This document shows, one piece after another, positions 12,073 to 23,877 of a DNA stretch of 64,000 bases; the stretch's first letter is position 1, and each line of letters opens with the position of its first letter. Below the pieces are notes generated by a model. The model had not been told where the DNA came from and did no database searches. It saw only the letters and a list, made by a program, of their open reading frames with translations. Source of the stretch: Tricharina praecox (taxonomy: Eukaryota); contig NW_026250418.1 of the NCBI RefSeq assembly GCF_024521635.1, positions 248,001 through 312,000 on the forward strand. The letters are read 5' to 3'. The position numbers and the translations under genes were made by a program.

Positions 12073-13354
12073 TATACGCAATATCCGTTCTAGAGTCCAG
12101 CGTGGGACTCCGAGGTCAGGGTACGGTATTGACTACTGACGAGACGTCGACTTATTGGTTTGATTGCCGTTGTCACAACGTAGGATATAGTAGTCGCGGT
12201 TCCGCTCAAACGCCTGGCAAATATTTCTAGAGACATGAGACATCGGTTTAAATCTTACCTCGGATTGATGGCTTCCACGGACTTTAACTAGTCATTCGGG
12301 TCGTTGATTATTCGTATCATACAGTGCAGGACAAGCGGGGATATTCAATTAAGCAGCAAACGTACTGAAGTGCCGTTACGATATCAGTAAGATCTAGGCA
12401 TATAAATCGCCCAAGTCACGGCCATCAGTACACTTACATACACGTAAGAAGTGTGCAAGTGCTGGGGTGATGAAGGGCATGGGATAGACACATCACACGC
12501 CATCACTCAGCCAAACAAATAGGAAGTCCTTGAATAGAAACACAAAGATCACCTAGGGGTCAACAATACAAGGATGGGCTCGTATCTGGCCTCTTGATAT
12601 ACTGGCCTACCTTGGCACGATGAGCGCGCGCATCGGTGGATGCACGAAATTGAAGTACGGTATCAGCACGTTGGACGGATCCGTGGTTCGCGATACTCCC
12701 ACACTCAGCCATGATCATAACTCCTCTAGGGCAATCGACCGTTCGTCCCTCATCATTCCTCGCCCCATTCTTTCCCGTAGATATGAATCAAAACTTCTCC
12801 GGATCCTACGCAATAAACGGCCGTTGATAAGCTACGCCACCCGTCTGCCTATCTAGTCTCACTTCTTGCACCTGTTTGTGCACTTTCCTGCGACCCTGCG
12901 GCCCTGCGGCATTTTCGACGCCACATCAAACACTCGAACATTCGAGAAAACCACAGAAGCAAACAAACTAGTGAGAACGGAGATTAGCCACCGAGAGTAA
13001 CCTCCTCTTTCAAAATCCAAGCTTTTGATTTCCAGACATGCGTTTCTAGGGTGGGGGGGCACACGCGGGCAATAGGGCTGGGAAGGTTGATGTTATCCGC
13101 ATGAATCTGGGACAAGGCTGGGTAACCTCGTAACATGGTTGAACTGCTGCAGCCCTTGGATATGTGCTCGATGGATGGATGAACGGGTATGTAGCCATGA
13201 TGGTTGGACATGGCCGGTCGGCCGTTAATAGCGACATTGATCGGGCATGTACTTCAGCTCCGGAATCGGTTCTTTCGCCGTAGAGAAAAGAATTGATATC
13301 ATTCCGCATTCCCGCATCGCACATCGAGCACCCCCCTCGCTCAATCTCACTGGC

Positions 13355-13825
13355 CTAGAGGTCCGCGACCAAAGTCTTCCGTCCATCCTCGATCGCCTTG
13401 CGTGCCTTCCCCTTGTTGGCCTCGGGCTCCACGTCGGCCGCGGCGTCCTATATACATTAGGATCTTCAACTCCACACACACACACACACCGCAACAGATT
13501 CACTTACAAGTTGTCCTTCTAGCACCTCCACGGCAGCAAGCAACTTCTCCCTAAGCGCAGGGACAACGCCCTTTGTCTCCTCGACGACTTTGGTCTATTC
13601 GTCGTGAATGTCAGCCCTCCGTCACCCCTTCCACCACGTATCCGTCGATCCATCCATCTGTATGCATACCTGCTGTTTGATGGCGTACTCATCGCTCTCT
13701 CCGTCGGCCTCCATCTTTGCCAACCGGTTCTTCTCGAGGACGAGCTCTTTGTGGTACATAGACTCTTCCTTTATTAACCGCATGACCGCGGAGGTTTTGA
13801 TCGCGAGGGCGGTAGGGGGTGCCAT
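13355..13825 (-). CDS. RBL2: Tubulin-binding cofactor A (Rbl2/Alp31/TBCA)
   Basis: Three exons: MAPPTALAIKTSAVMRLIKEESMYHKE...DEYAIKQQ / TKVVEETKGVVPALREKL...GQL / DAAADVEPEANKGKARKAIEDGRKTLVADL*. Confidence 0.9.
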
Positions 13826-16254
13826 TTTTTCTGCTGTGTAGTGAAATGCGTGGTGGTGGTGGTGGTGGTGGGGATGAGCTTGTGGTGGTGGTGGAGTTGG
13901 ATAGAGGGGTGGCGACGAGCTGGGGTAAGTTGGTTTGCTACTGGGTAGGAGCTAGTTAGCAGTCGGGCAGTCGGGCAGTCTATCTATGCTAGCACGTGTT
14001 GGGTCGTCACGCGTTTTTTGGCTTTTTGCCCTGCGCTAATGGGAGCTGTGGGGAAACGCGAATATAAACGCGAAAGTATCGCTGTTAACCTTCACCACTT
14101 CTAATTGCTCTACCTGTGTGCGAATCACGATAAAGTTTCGTGGTTGGTTTAAATACAACTCACCAGAAGGAGCCCATCAGAGCTCCTTCCCGTCGAGCTA
14201 AGCTCCAACCCCCACGAAGCCGGTTCTCCGTCTCGTGACTCGTCGGCCGGATATGCACAGTCTCCCGGGACTCATTTCTCCCGAGTCTCCGGGTGGGGGT
14301 AGAGCACGGTGTCAGCCTTCAGGACGATACAATTTCGGGCCTCAGTGGGCGAGAGCGGTCATTGCGTCTCGTTTAGAAGCTGTTAGAGCTGCTTCTAGGG
14401 CTGAAATTGTTTCTGGAAGCAGTGGAGCTGCTGTTGTGGAGGAGACTGGGGAGCTCAGGGGGCGCTTGGTCGAATAACGGTGCTGTCGGCCGGTCAGCCA
14501 GACGGCCGTTGAGGATACGGTCTAACAGTCCGGTCCGATGAGCTACACTCCTGATCAGTACCTCCAGGCAAAGAATCAGGAATCGAATACCTATGGAACA
14601 AACTAGGTGGGTAAATCAGCCTGCTCGTGAACCAGTGCTAAGCATTGTCGGAGAATTGTGGATCGGGAACTTCGCTCGCTTCTCACGAGATATGGACGTT
14701 AAGGGTCTCGTGTTGGTGGGTGCATAACTGTGCACGTGGAGAGGTCCATCGCTGTGTCATTCAAAGGTCGTCTGGTGATGGTAGCTGCGAATCCGTGATC
14801 GAGATGAGGAGGAAAGGCGACGGCGCTTTCTAGTGTTTGTGGGGAGGTTGAAAGAGAGTGAGTTGCAGCTTTTAATAGAAACATGCAGCCAGCAGTTAGC
14901 TGCGATGCCACAGTCAGTAGCTATTCTACATCAGACAAAGATCATCGTGAATCGTGAATATTGGGGAATGTCATCGAGAAGAAGTGGGATGTGAATTTGG
15001 TCATATTTTGAGAGTACGAACGCAGAGTCTGGACAGGAAAATGAGTTTTAAAGGACATCGTCAGGTCTCACAGCTATTTGGCTATACCAGCCGTTGTTTA
15101 CTCTACCTGGGGCTCCGGAGTCCGGATAATAGAGGTATCGTCATGCTTCAGTAACAGTACCGTAGCTGAGTACCTACCCAATTCTCCAAGATACCCTACC
15201 AATACCATCATCATCATCAACATCCCTCCTCCCTGCTTCTCCGCTCCTCCTTTACTTTCCCATATCCCTCGTTACCCCTGTGCCTGAATGACCCTTCCGT
15301 CTTCTTCTTCACCCATCTGTCCTTACTATCGCATCCCCCACAAATCTTGCATACCGCTGCCGCTATTCCACCGGCGCATCGAATAGCTTCCCCAAGAGCT
15401 GTCACCGGTGGCATCAACTCATCTTCCTGCCGTGTCCATCGTTCTGCACTCCCTTGTCCTGTCCTGTCAGTCTCGCCGACATCGACGCTGCTAGCCCATC
15501 GTTGGCTCGCATAGGTATATATTCATCTGCATCTACGCGCCACACTCCCACGCACTGCTGCCCCTTGTTATCAGCTCCCCCGCCTTGCCACTTTTCGCTG
15601 TTGCGGCGGCAGTACGTCCGTAGCGGTGGTTCACACCTATCCGTCCCTCCCTCGTCCCACCACCAACCACCGAGGACACACAACACCTCAACAAACAACC
15701 CCCTCAGTCTACGTACCCATCAATAGAATAGAGTGACAACTACTCCGAACTCTCATTCTCCTTCACTGCCTGGTCTTTGTGGTCTACCACATAAAAATAC
15801 CTTCCTGGACCCCTCACGAACAACTCAAAAATAGAGCCAACCTCCCTTCGAGTTCAGTTCCACCCTACATACAACAAACCCCTCTAAAAACGTCATCAGA
15901 TGATCCGAACCCGGAGAAATTTGGCCTGATTCCACCGACCTCCCTCGACCCCCCGAGCGGCCGTATCCAGCCAGACAAGAGAGACGCACCTCGCCCTGCC
16001 CTGCTTGGAGACTGACCTTGCCGCAAGAAGATTTACATACCACTTACCTACTTGCTGTGCCTTACTTTGTCAAGAACACAAACTCCACTTGCATCTGCAT
16101 CTGTCCCGGCATAACATCCCCATCCACCAGTCTCTCTTTCCCACCACATACCACCACATACCACCGCTATTGCTGTCTACTACCATCCGCCGTTCGCCTT
16201 TCGATATTCCGCGATCAATCTACCGCGCATCTTCCGTACCTCCTCCGGATCTCA

Positions 16255-19200
16255 ATGAAGGTGTGTGTGATACCCCCACCCCCGCCATCCCCGCCCTCGT
16301 CTTGAAAGGAACTGCAAAGGGTCGAAGCAAAGATGAAGGCGGTTTCATCTGCTTGCATAGATCCTAGTTCCGTGGTACGACGCTGGGTCGCATCACCGCG
16401 GTAACTGACATTCGAAACGACGATTCCACAAACAAACAAACAACGGACGCTGACGTAGTGAACAATCTAATCGTAGGCAGCACCGCGGCCACGCGACACT
16501 AGAGGCTTCTCACACAGCCCCGGCTCACGGTTATCGATCGACCCAAATCACCATGTTACCGAGGCGATCGGGGATATGTACGGCGACTACGAAACAGAGG
16601 ATAGGGGCAGTCGATACAGCTTCGTTTCGTCGGCTCCCGGTGGCGGTGGCAACAGCGAGCCATCTCGAGCGGTGAAGCGGCAATCCACACTCTCGGTTCC
16701 GGGGTTGCACGGTAGAGGTCTTGGTGGGGGTAGTGGCGGTCTTGGTGGGGGCTTCGGAGGTGCGGGTGGAGGGGTACCAAGTAACAGCCAAGGCTCGTCA
16801 ACAACTCCACCATCCTCGGTCAGATCCGCGAGTCCTTCGCCAGGCGAGGCTGTTTACCCCCTCAATGACATCGATTACGAATCCGATCCCGTCGCGGTAG
16901 CTCAGGAGATTAGTAACCTTCAGGCGCTACGGAGAATGTCGATGGACGTTTCGTCTGCGGCGGATCCGGACCTGCCGTCGTTCAACAGTTTCGTGCCTTC
17001 GACGCCCCCCGACGATGGGGATCCCGGGAGCATCTTCTGGGTTCCCGCACGGCTACACCCCGAACTCGCGCCGCAGGAGTTCAGTGCTTTCTTGGAAGCG
17101 AAGAAGAACGAGATACGAAGGCCACAAAGCGCAGGAGGAGGTGGAGGCTCGTTGTCTCCGGACGGGGCGCATTCCGGGGGTCCAAGCTTGAGGCGAAAGA
17201 AGTCTATGCTTTCGCGTCAGATCGATGCGGACTCGGCAAGAAACTACCGCGACGGCGCTGATCGGCTAGAAAAGCGAAAGTCACTCCTCACCGACGGAAA
17301 TGCGGCGCCGGCGATTCAATTGGACGACCTCATGAAGGACCCAGAAGCTCTGATGCACCGGCTCAGCGCGGATTCGAGACGGAGAACCGAAGAAGGTAGG
17401 GGAATGAGACATCTCTCGGATGCCCTCCTCCCACTATGTAGCTTTACTAAGAAGTTCCAGGTGACCAAGCCGACGATCCGATAATATTCGCTCCCAAAGT
17501 GGGGCTTAAACGGTCGACGGCCACACACTACCGTCGGGGCAGTACGAGAAGAGACCGGGTGGGATCGAAGCGCGGGGGCAAGATTGCGGAAACAGACACT
17601 GAGGATTACGGACCCGACGCACCCCGCGGATTTAAGCTGGACCGAGCGTCGACAGAACCTGTCATCCGAGGGCCCTCATCTAGGGAGATTGACGAACCAA
17701 AGCAACGACAAGGCCGCAGGTCACCGCCAGATTCGACAAGTCCATCCACGTCGTTCGATGATTTGATGTCCAAGACAGTGCCAGTAGGAACAGCTTCGTC
17801 CACCCCCGGTGCAACACAGGAGAAGCACAAATCTGCCCCTGCTAAGGCCAGGCGCTCAAGCTCTCCGAGAGGGACAGCGCGGGGTACAAGATCTAGCGAA
17901 CCGGTACCACCTGTTCCAAAAATCGTCGAGACTCCGCCCCCGCCCTCTACTCTGCCGATAATCGAGCTTCCCGAACGACACTCTTCGTTCGAGCCGCCCA
18001 ACTCCTCCGGATCTCAGAAGAAGCCACGTCCGCCCGTTACCAACCGTCTGTCGGATTCGGCGATCGATACTAGCCCCTCAGCGGGTAAAGCAGCAGACCA
18101 TATGACAGTTCCGGATGCAAAGGGAGACAAGCGGGATAGGAAACGGCCGGAATCGTCGGGCAGCACCACGGGCAAGGACCGGAAAACAAGCTGGGGGTGG
18201 CTTCTCGGCGATTCGGACAAAGCCAAAGAGAGGGAAGAAGCGAAGGAGCGGGAACGAGAGGAGAGGCTCAAGGCTAAGAAGGAAAAGCGACCAAAATCCG
18301 CCGACAAGTCCTCGGAAAAGTACGACAATACCCGTCTGGACGTCTTGCAGAAATCCATCGAGCTCGGGAATACCGGGAAAGTGGTCGCTGCCGATCCCGT
18401 CGTACCTGCGGCCATCCTCGTCGTTGAACCTCCCAGCAGAACAGACTCGAGAGAATCGAGGAAATCACGTGGCGAGGATAAGAAGGAGAAAGAGAAAGAC
18501 TCGGGATTCTTGTCCTTCTTCGGAGGCTCAAAGAAGAAATCTGGCAGTGAGCACCAGACTGACGATAAGAAGAGCGGAAGCGGCGGTCGCTCGCGTGGCA
18601 CATCTCCCGACCCCGCCACCGAATCACGGCCCAAATTTTACTACACCCGCTTCCCCATCCATATTGAACGCGCAATCTACCGTCTCTCGCACCTAAAACT
18701 TGCCAACCCACGCCGTCCACTCCACCAACAGGTGCTCCTGAGTAATTTTATGTACTCGTACCTGGCACTCGTACAGCAGACGCAGCCGCATTTGATCCAG
18801 CAGCAGCAGGCAAGCTCTTCGCAGCAGCAGAAGCAGCAAGCTGCCGAACAGCAGAGGCTACAGGAGCAGCAACGGTGGCAGCAACGGCAGGAAGAGGAGG
18901 CCAGGTTGCAGCAACAACAACAGCGGCAACATCATGATGATGTAGGCACTCGTCTTGTATAATAATAACGACGTAACTAACCGATTAGGGCGCGAGAGAT
19001 TCGGATGGGTATGTTGATGACTCCCAGGGTTACGATGAGTACTCCGACGACGAAACTCAAGTTAGCGGTAATCACGACGACTACTACGAAAACGATCGAG
19101 ATGGTGGTGGTGGTGGCAATACATATTACGATCAACAGCAGCATCAGCAGCAACAGCACCAGCAGCAGCAGCAACAGCACCAGCAGCAGCAGCAACAGCA

Positions 19201-19312
19201 CCAGCAGCAGCAGCAACAGCACCAGCAGCAGCAGCAACAGCACCAGCACCAGCAGCAACAGCACCAGCAGCAGCAACAACAGCAACAGGATGAACGAGAC
19301 GACATGTGGTAG
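16255..19312 (+). CDS. ZDS1: Zds1 family PP2A-Cdc55 regulator / telomere-silencing protein
   Basis: Micro first exon ATG AAG|GTGTGT. HHVTEAIGDMY; FWVPARLHPELAPQEF; Zds_C domain YYTRFPIHIERAIYRLSHLKLANPRRPLHQQVLLSNFMYSYL. Last exon is polyQ and ends DERDDMW*. Confidence 0.92.
19133..19288 (+). repeat. Coding CAG/CAA/CAC repeat (polyQ with periodic His) in ZDS1 last exon
   Basis: Near-perfect 21-bp unit CAGCAGCAGCAGCAACAGCAC repeated several times. Confidence 0.9.
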
Positions 19313-19538
19313 GCCGCGGGGCGGAGGAGTGTACACATTAGCATAGCGAATAGGCCTTTTTCAGTTTCTTTTTTCTTTTTTTTCAGTCTCTTTTTACCGG
19401 GTAGTTTGGGATCTTAGGTTTTCTTGTTCTGTTGACGGGCGGGCAGGCGGAGTTTAGTTTGATATTTCTTTGATGCGGTCCACAGTGGAATTAGGGGAAA
19501 ATAGGGAATCACAAATGCTGAGAATCTTCATCATACAA

Positions 19539-19625
19539 GGTCGCTTAGCTCAGTTGGTTAGAGCGTGGTGCTAATATCGAAAGATGTATACGCCAAGGTC
19601 ACAGGTTCGACCCCTGTAGTGATCA
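19539..19625 (+). tRNA. tRNA-Ile(AAT) with 13-nt intron, copy 1
   Basis: GGTCGCT/AGTGATC acceptor stem, TAGCTCAGTTGG A box, anticodon arm TGGTG-CTAATA[intron TCGAAAGATGTAT]A-CGCCA, GGTTCGACCC B box, followed by TTTT. Confidence 0.95.
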
Positions 19626-20456
19626 TTTTGTCTCTGTCCGCGGCCTCTGTCGTGCTCGCGGGCCTTGTTTTTGTTTGATCATCAATTGCATTCGACTTGG
19701 CTCGTGGCCGTGTGAAGCTAGATGAGAAAAGGTAGAATGAAGCGAGTGAGCGGTGGTGATGCATTATTGCCCACCCCGAGTGCCGTGCCATGGTTAACGA
19801 ATGAACCGCCGTGATACCTATTCCCAACCAGCCTCCAAGATCCCATGCAACCAGAACTCCTTACCAGGCCCATCCCACATCCTACCATACATCCTCTTAC
19901 CTTCTACTCCCCTCCTCCCATCCAGCCTAATTTCCCCCAGCACCCAACTACTTCCCCACCTCGACCGCTCTCTTATACGGTAGATGCGGCGGTGCGGTGG
20001 ACGGCTGCACAGGATCGATACTCCCCTCCCCCGTCCCTCCCGGCAGTCCCTACGTCGCATCAGAATCCAGCTCATCCAAATCTCCACAAGCCGCAAACTC
20101 CACCACCGCCCTATTTTCTCCGCAGCCCTCGCCGGTGAGGCTCCCGCGCCCAGCGTCAGGAGCCTCTCCAAGCTCCCCACCATCCTGTGCGGCGGAGCGA
20201 ATCATCATAGGAGTCGCGTTTGTCTTTGAAGGTGTCGGGTGGGTGCGTGGAGACGTCGTGGTATGTAAGAATTGAGGTGGTGCGGAAGGGTGGTGATGGT
20301 TGAAGGGGTCAAAATGAATGGTCGGTGTAAGGCTGAAGCCACCCCGCCAACTGCAAAAACACGGCTGCGCTGCAGCCCTGCGGCGGTCTGCCAGCGCCTA
20401 TTTACGGCCTTGCGGCTCGCTGCCGCTGGTGAATGGTGACTGGTCCCAGGGCAAAA

Positions 20457-20543
20457 TGATCACTACAGGGGTCGAACCTGTGACCTTGGCGTTGCATAGA
20501 AGATCTATTAGCACCACGCTCTAACCAACTGAGCTAAGCGACC
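20457..20543 (-). tRNA. tRNA-Ile(AAT) with 13-nt intron, copy 2
   Basis: Exons identical to copy 1; intron GATCTTCTATGCA; TTTT terminator. Confidence 0.95.
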
Positions 20544-21169
20544 GCTGATTAGTAGATGGAGCCATGTGTGCTTATGGAGTTAGGAAATGTTGGTGTTGAG
20601 GTCAAGATGGTAGATTTGTATCTACCGGCTGCAAAAGTGGTGTGTTGTTGTGTGAATGGGATAAGTGGGTGGTATGGAGGGGTGAAAGCATGGAAGCTTG
20701 GAGTTCCGGAGAGAGCTCGAAAGCTTGGAACCTATCAGTCGTCCCCACAACTGACATCTCCAATCACCTCACAACACCCACCTCGTCCTTTACCCTTCCT
20801 CCCGATTTAGCCTCCTCTTCGACCTCAAATTCAGAACGAGCTATGGAGGGTACGGGATCCACACAAAGTTCCTTCTCTTCTCCGCTTTTACTTTTTTGCA
20901 CATCGTGTGTCCTATGTCAGAGTGCACCGATCGACTTGTGCGGGGAGTCTGGCCTATCCTCAATCAGCATGTTGTAGGAGGCCCAGTCCTGAATCGCAGT
21001 TCATCGAAAGGAGGTTGGAGCTGGTGACACTGCCACTGTGTCTACGGTGGATGAGACAGGCAAGGCGAATAGCACCATCCAGACGTCCTCGTCGGAATGG
21101 GCCGAGTGATTACTGGTGCACACGGCACTGGAAAATGCTATAAATAACAATTCAAACGAAGAATCCGGC

Positions 21170-21485
21170 ACTGGGAGAGGATGTTGCAGGACTTAAAGAG
21201 GAGAACATAGCACTGAAGTCCGAAGTCGAGGTGCTCAATCGGAAAATCCAACAACTGACGAATCAAACCAATCATTATCGATCTACGAGGATGTTCTTTC
21301 TTTTAACATACAAGCGAGAAAAATGCGTGTGGATACAGTGGAAGGCATGATTATGCTCCTGAATTATGAACCTATAGGTGACGCACTCGCAGACGCTGAG
21401 CTTTATGCCAACAATGAAAGGAAGGATGATCATGTATACGAGGAGTTTTATGGTCTCCGTTGGGCAAGAGTTCTACGGCTACATG
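21170..21485 (+). pseudogene. Decayed ORF: coiled coil followed, after a frameshift, by a GDALADAELY...FYGL segment
   Basis: The frame EDVAGLKEENIALKSEVEVLNRKIQQL...YKREK shifts at an A5 run (~21319-21323) into MRVDTVEG...IGDALADAELYANNERKDDHVYEEFYGL. It resembles, from memory only, a multi-copy fungal hypothetical family. Confidence 0.35.
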
Positions 21486-21780
21486 AGTCGGTATCTGCTT
21501 GGCACACTTATCACTCGTCATCTAACATCAGATCATGCCAAGACAGAGGTCATACTAAGTGCACACTTGCAACATCTAGTACTCATGGTCACCCCCGTTC
21601 CCCACCCAGGCTAACCGAGTCGTTTATGTTTAGCCTTAACATAGCTCTCTACATAGCGCCGTATTCTACCCAGTATATACATCTTGGATTTAAACCGTCT
21701 GGACCCAAACTGTGCTTTCTGAGCTCTCGTGCAAGTACCAAAGTTAGCGGGTTTTGTGGTCAAAAATTTCCCTTTATGTA

Positions 21781-21913
21781 GAGAGGTGGCTTGCCTGTGG
21801 AATTGGCCTACCTGTCGAACCTGCGCAGACGCTAACCAATCATCCATAAACTCCTCTCCTAAAGTCTGAGCGGGTTCGACAGGCAGGCCAATTCCACAGG
21901 CAAGCCACCTCTC
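21781..21913. mobile_element. 133-bp hairpin MITE with 50-bp TIRs and TA target-site duplication (Tc1/mariner-type)
   Basis: 21781-21830 is the reverse complement of 21864-21913 at 47/50 positions. TA at 21779-21780 and 21914-21915. Confidence 0.8.
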
Positions 21914-22649
21914 TAAGTGTACGATACGACTCCCCACACACGTATCGTATATTCACAGATTATCACTCGACTATAATTTATAATTCTAGATTTATCTGTA
22001 TGTATACTTCGCTCCACCACGGCCACAGTTTAGCCAACGGGAGTTACTCGGGTTCCATGTTTTGAACCTATGCAAGCCCGGTTTCACAAATAAACTTGGA
22101 CAGAAAGGAAGATGTTGGGGCGGGTATGTGTGCCACACAAAGACAGCTTGAATGGCCTTGAAGCCGTGAACTCGTATGCCACGGCAAGTTAGTAGCGGAC
22201 GTGTGTGTAAACTTGGCTGCCAACACAACACGCAACGGGTGCCGTCTTCTGCCTGATCCCGTGCCTGCTCTAATGGTGTGCGCTGGTGTGGCGTCCTCCA
22301 TCAGAACCAAGAAGGTGCCTGTCCAGGATATCCCCTCTAACATGCTTCGCATCGATCTTTAGTGAACAGGCCAGGAAACTAGTTCGCTAATTGGGCGGTT
22401 TGATGAATGTGCCAGAAAATCAGAGAATACGGTCACAGAGAAAATGGAGAAGAATGACTGCGCAGCTCAACTTCGTGGTGCAAGCAACGCCCCAAGCGTT
22501 GACCTCCCCCACGCCTCGCTCCTTCATTCTGTCCGTCATTCACCCGTCAAGCCTCCACCGAACCCACCATTTGCACCGCCCTCTCTACTCGATCCGACTC
22601 AATTCACTGAGATTTCAGATCAGCTAAGTCTACTCAACCCTCAATCAGA

Positions 22650-22736
22650 GGTCGCTTAGCTCAGTTGGTTAGAGCGTGGTGCTAATAGATCTTCTATGCA
22701 ACGCCAAGGTCACAGGTTCGACCCCTGTAGTGATCA
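22650..22736 (+). tRNA. tRNA-Ile(AAT) with 13-nt intron, copy 3
   Basis: Identical to copy 2, including the intron GATCTTCTATGCA; TTTT terminator. Confidence 0.95.
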
Positions 22737-23056
22737 TTTTGCCCGGGGACCAGCGGCGGTGGGGCAGACCGCCGCAGGCATTCTTTTGCTCCTGTCACGG
22801 AGGACTAGAATGAAGCTTGGAAAGGTTGGCGAACGAAGGGGTGGGCTGGCTGTTGGTCTATCGGCGTATCCAGATTGTGTTGGTTTGATGATGGTTTCTA
22901 TAAATCGGTGAAAACCCTGGTTAGTGCTTCATAGTCAAGAATTCACACTTGCACGCTCTCTCAGAAACATGGCTTCCGATTGCCATTCTATACGGTAGCG
23001 CACCCACAGTCATTAGGAATTCCCTTCTTAGTTCTGTCATTCTGTACCGGGACTTA

Positions 23057-23353
23057 TCCCTTTGATTGTTTCCAGTGCCCCGAGCTACGGCACGGGGGGG
23101 TGGAGAGACAGGTGGGTGGAGGCAACCAGTGTGTAGGTTATGATGTCGGGCTGATGTCAAGTGGTATGGTGAGGCGACTGTGTGGCCGACTAAGAGCTCC
23201 CTCGCCGCCGCCGCACCACCTATGCCCGCACCACAAGCCAGCCTTCTTCAGCTGGCTGATGGGAGGTTACTTGCTAGTAACCAGATTCGGACTACCCCCT
23301 GTGTTCCCCACTCGCACCCCGTTGCCTTGAAATATTTTTGACGAGGGAAAGGA
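23057..23353. mobile_element. ~297-bp dispersed repeat, copy 2
   Basis: Same orientation as 11778-12072, sharing blocks such as GATGTCAAGTGGTATGGTGAGGCGACTGTG, CACCACAAGCCAGCCTTCTTCAGC and TGAAATATTTTTGACGAGGGAA. Confidence 0.7.
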
Positions 23354-23693
23354 TGGCAGTGAGTCTTCGGTAGCTTCGACGACGGACTGAACTGCCGCTG
23401 GGAATCCTGCCTGAAAAACTCTTTTGATTGGCGTCCAAGGTACTACCTATGATAGATGTGTGAAGTGGAACTTGACTATCGGTACCACCGTTGCAGAGCA
23501 GATCACCACTGTGGGCAGACCTTCGGTCGTTCTCTGGAGATCTACTGGCCTTCACCGTACCAAAGTTTGGCCTTCGACCATGGTGATGTGATGTGGCGAT
23601 TGAAGGGTTGTCCAGTCACGTGGAACATGAGCCACACAATACCTATGTTGACTACGTCTGTCCCGCTATCACTCGCTCACGTGCTGTGGGGAT

Positions 23694-23877
23694 CCACGCT
23701 ACTGTATTCCACGCTACTGTATTGTACGCTACTGTAATATACGCTACTGTATGCTAAGCCCTATCTCCGCTAGCGTGCGAGGTCAACCTTTCCTGTTAGA
23801 TAGAGTTGTACTTCACCGTTTGGGCATTCCTCTTCCTCTTCCTCTTCCTCTTCCTCTTCCTCTTCCTCTTCCTCTTC
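23694..23877. repeat. 15-bp minisatellite (ACGCTACTGTA core x4) and (CTCTTC)n microsatellite
   Basis: Seen directly at 23694-23752 and 23829-23877. Confidence 0.85.

Noticed and set aside
18977..19346. Poly-Leu, poly-Cys and poly-Ser ORFs
   Set aside because: Alternative frames of the ZDS1 CAG repeat.
23694..23752. Short periodic repeats (also 63038-63105 and 30065-30200) as CRISPR-like arrays
   Set aside because: Head-to-tail tandem units without unique spacers, no cas genes, eukaryotic context.
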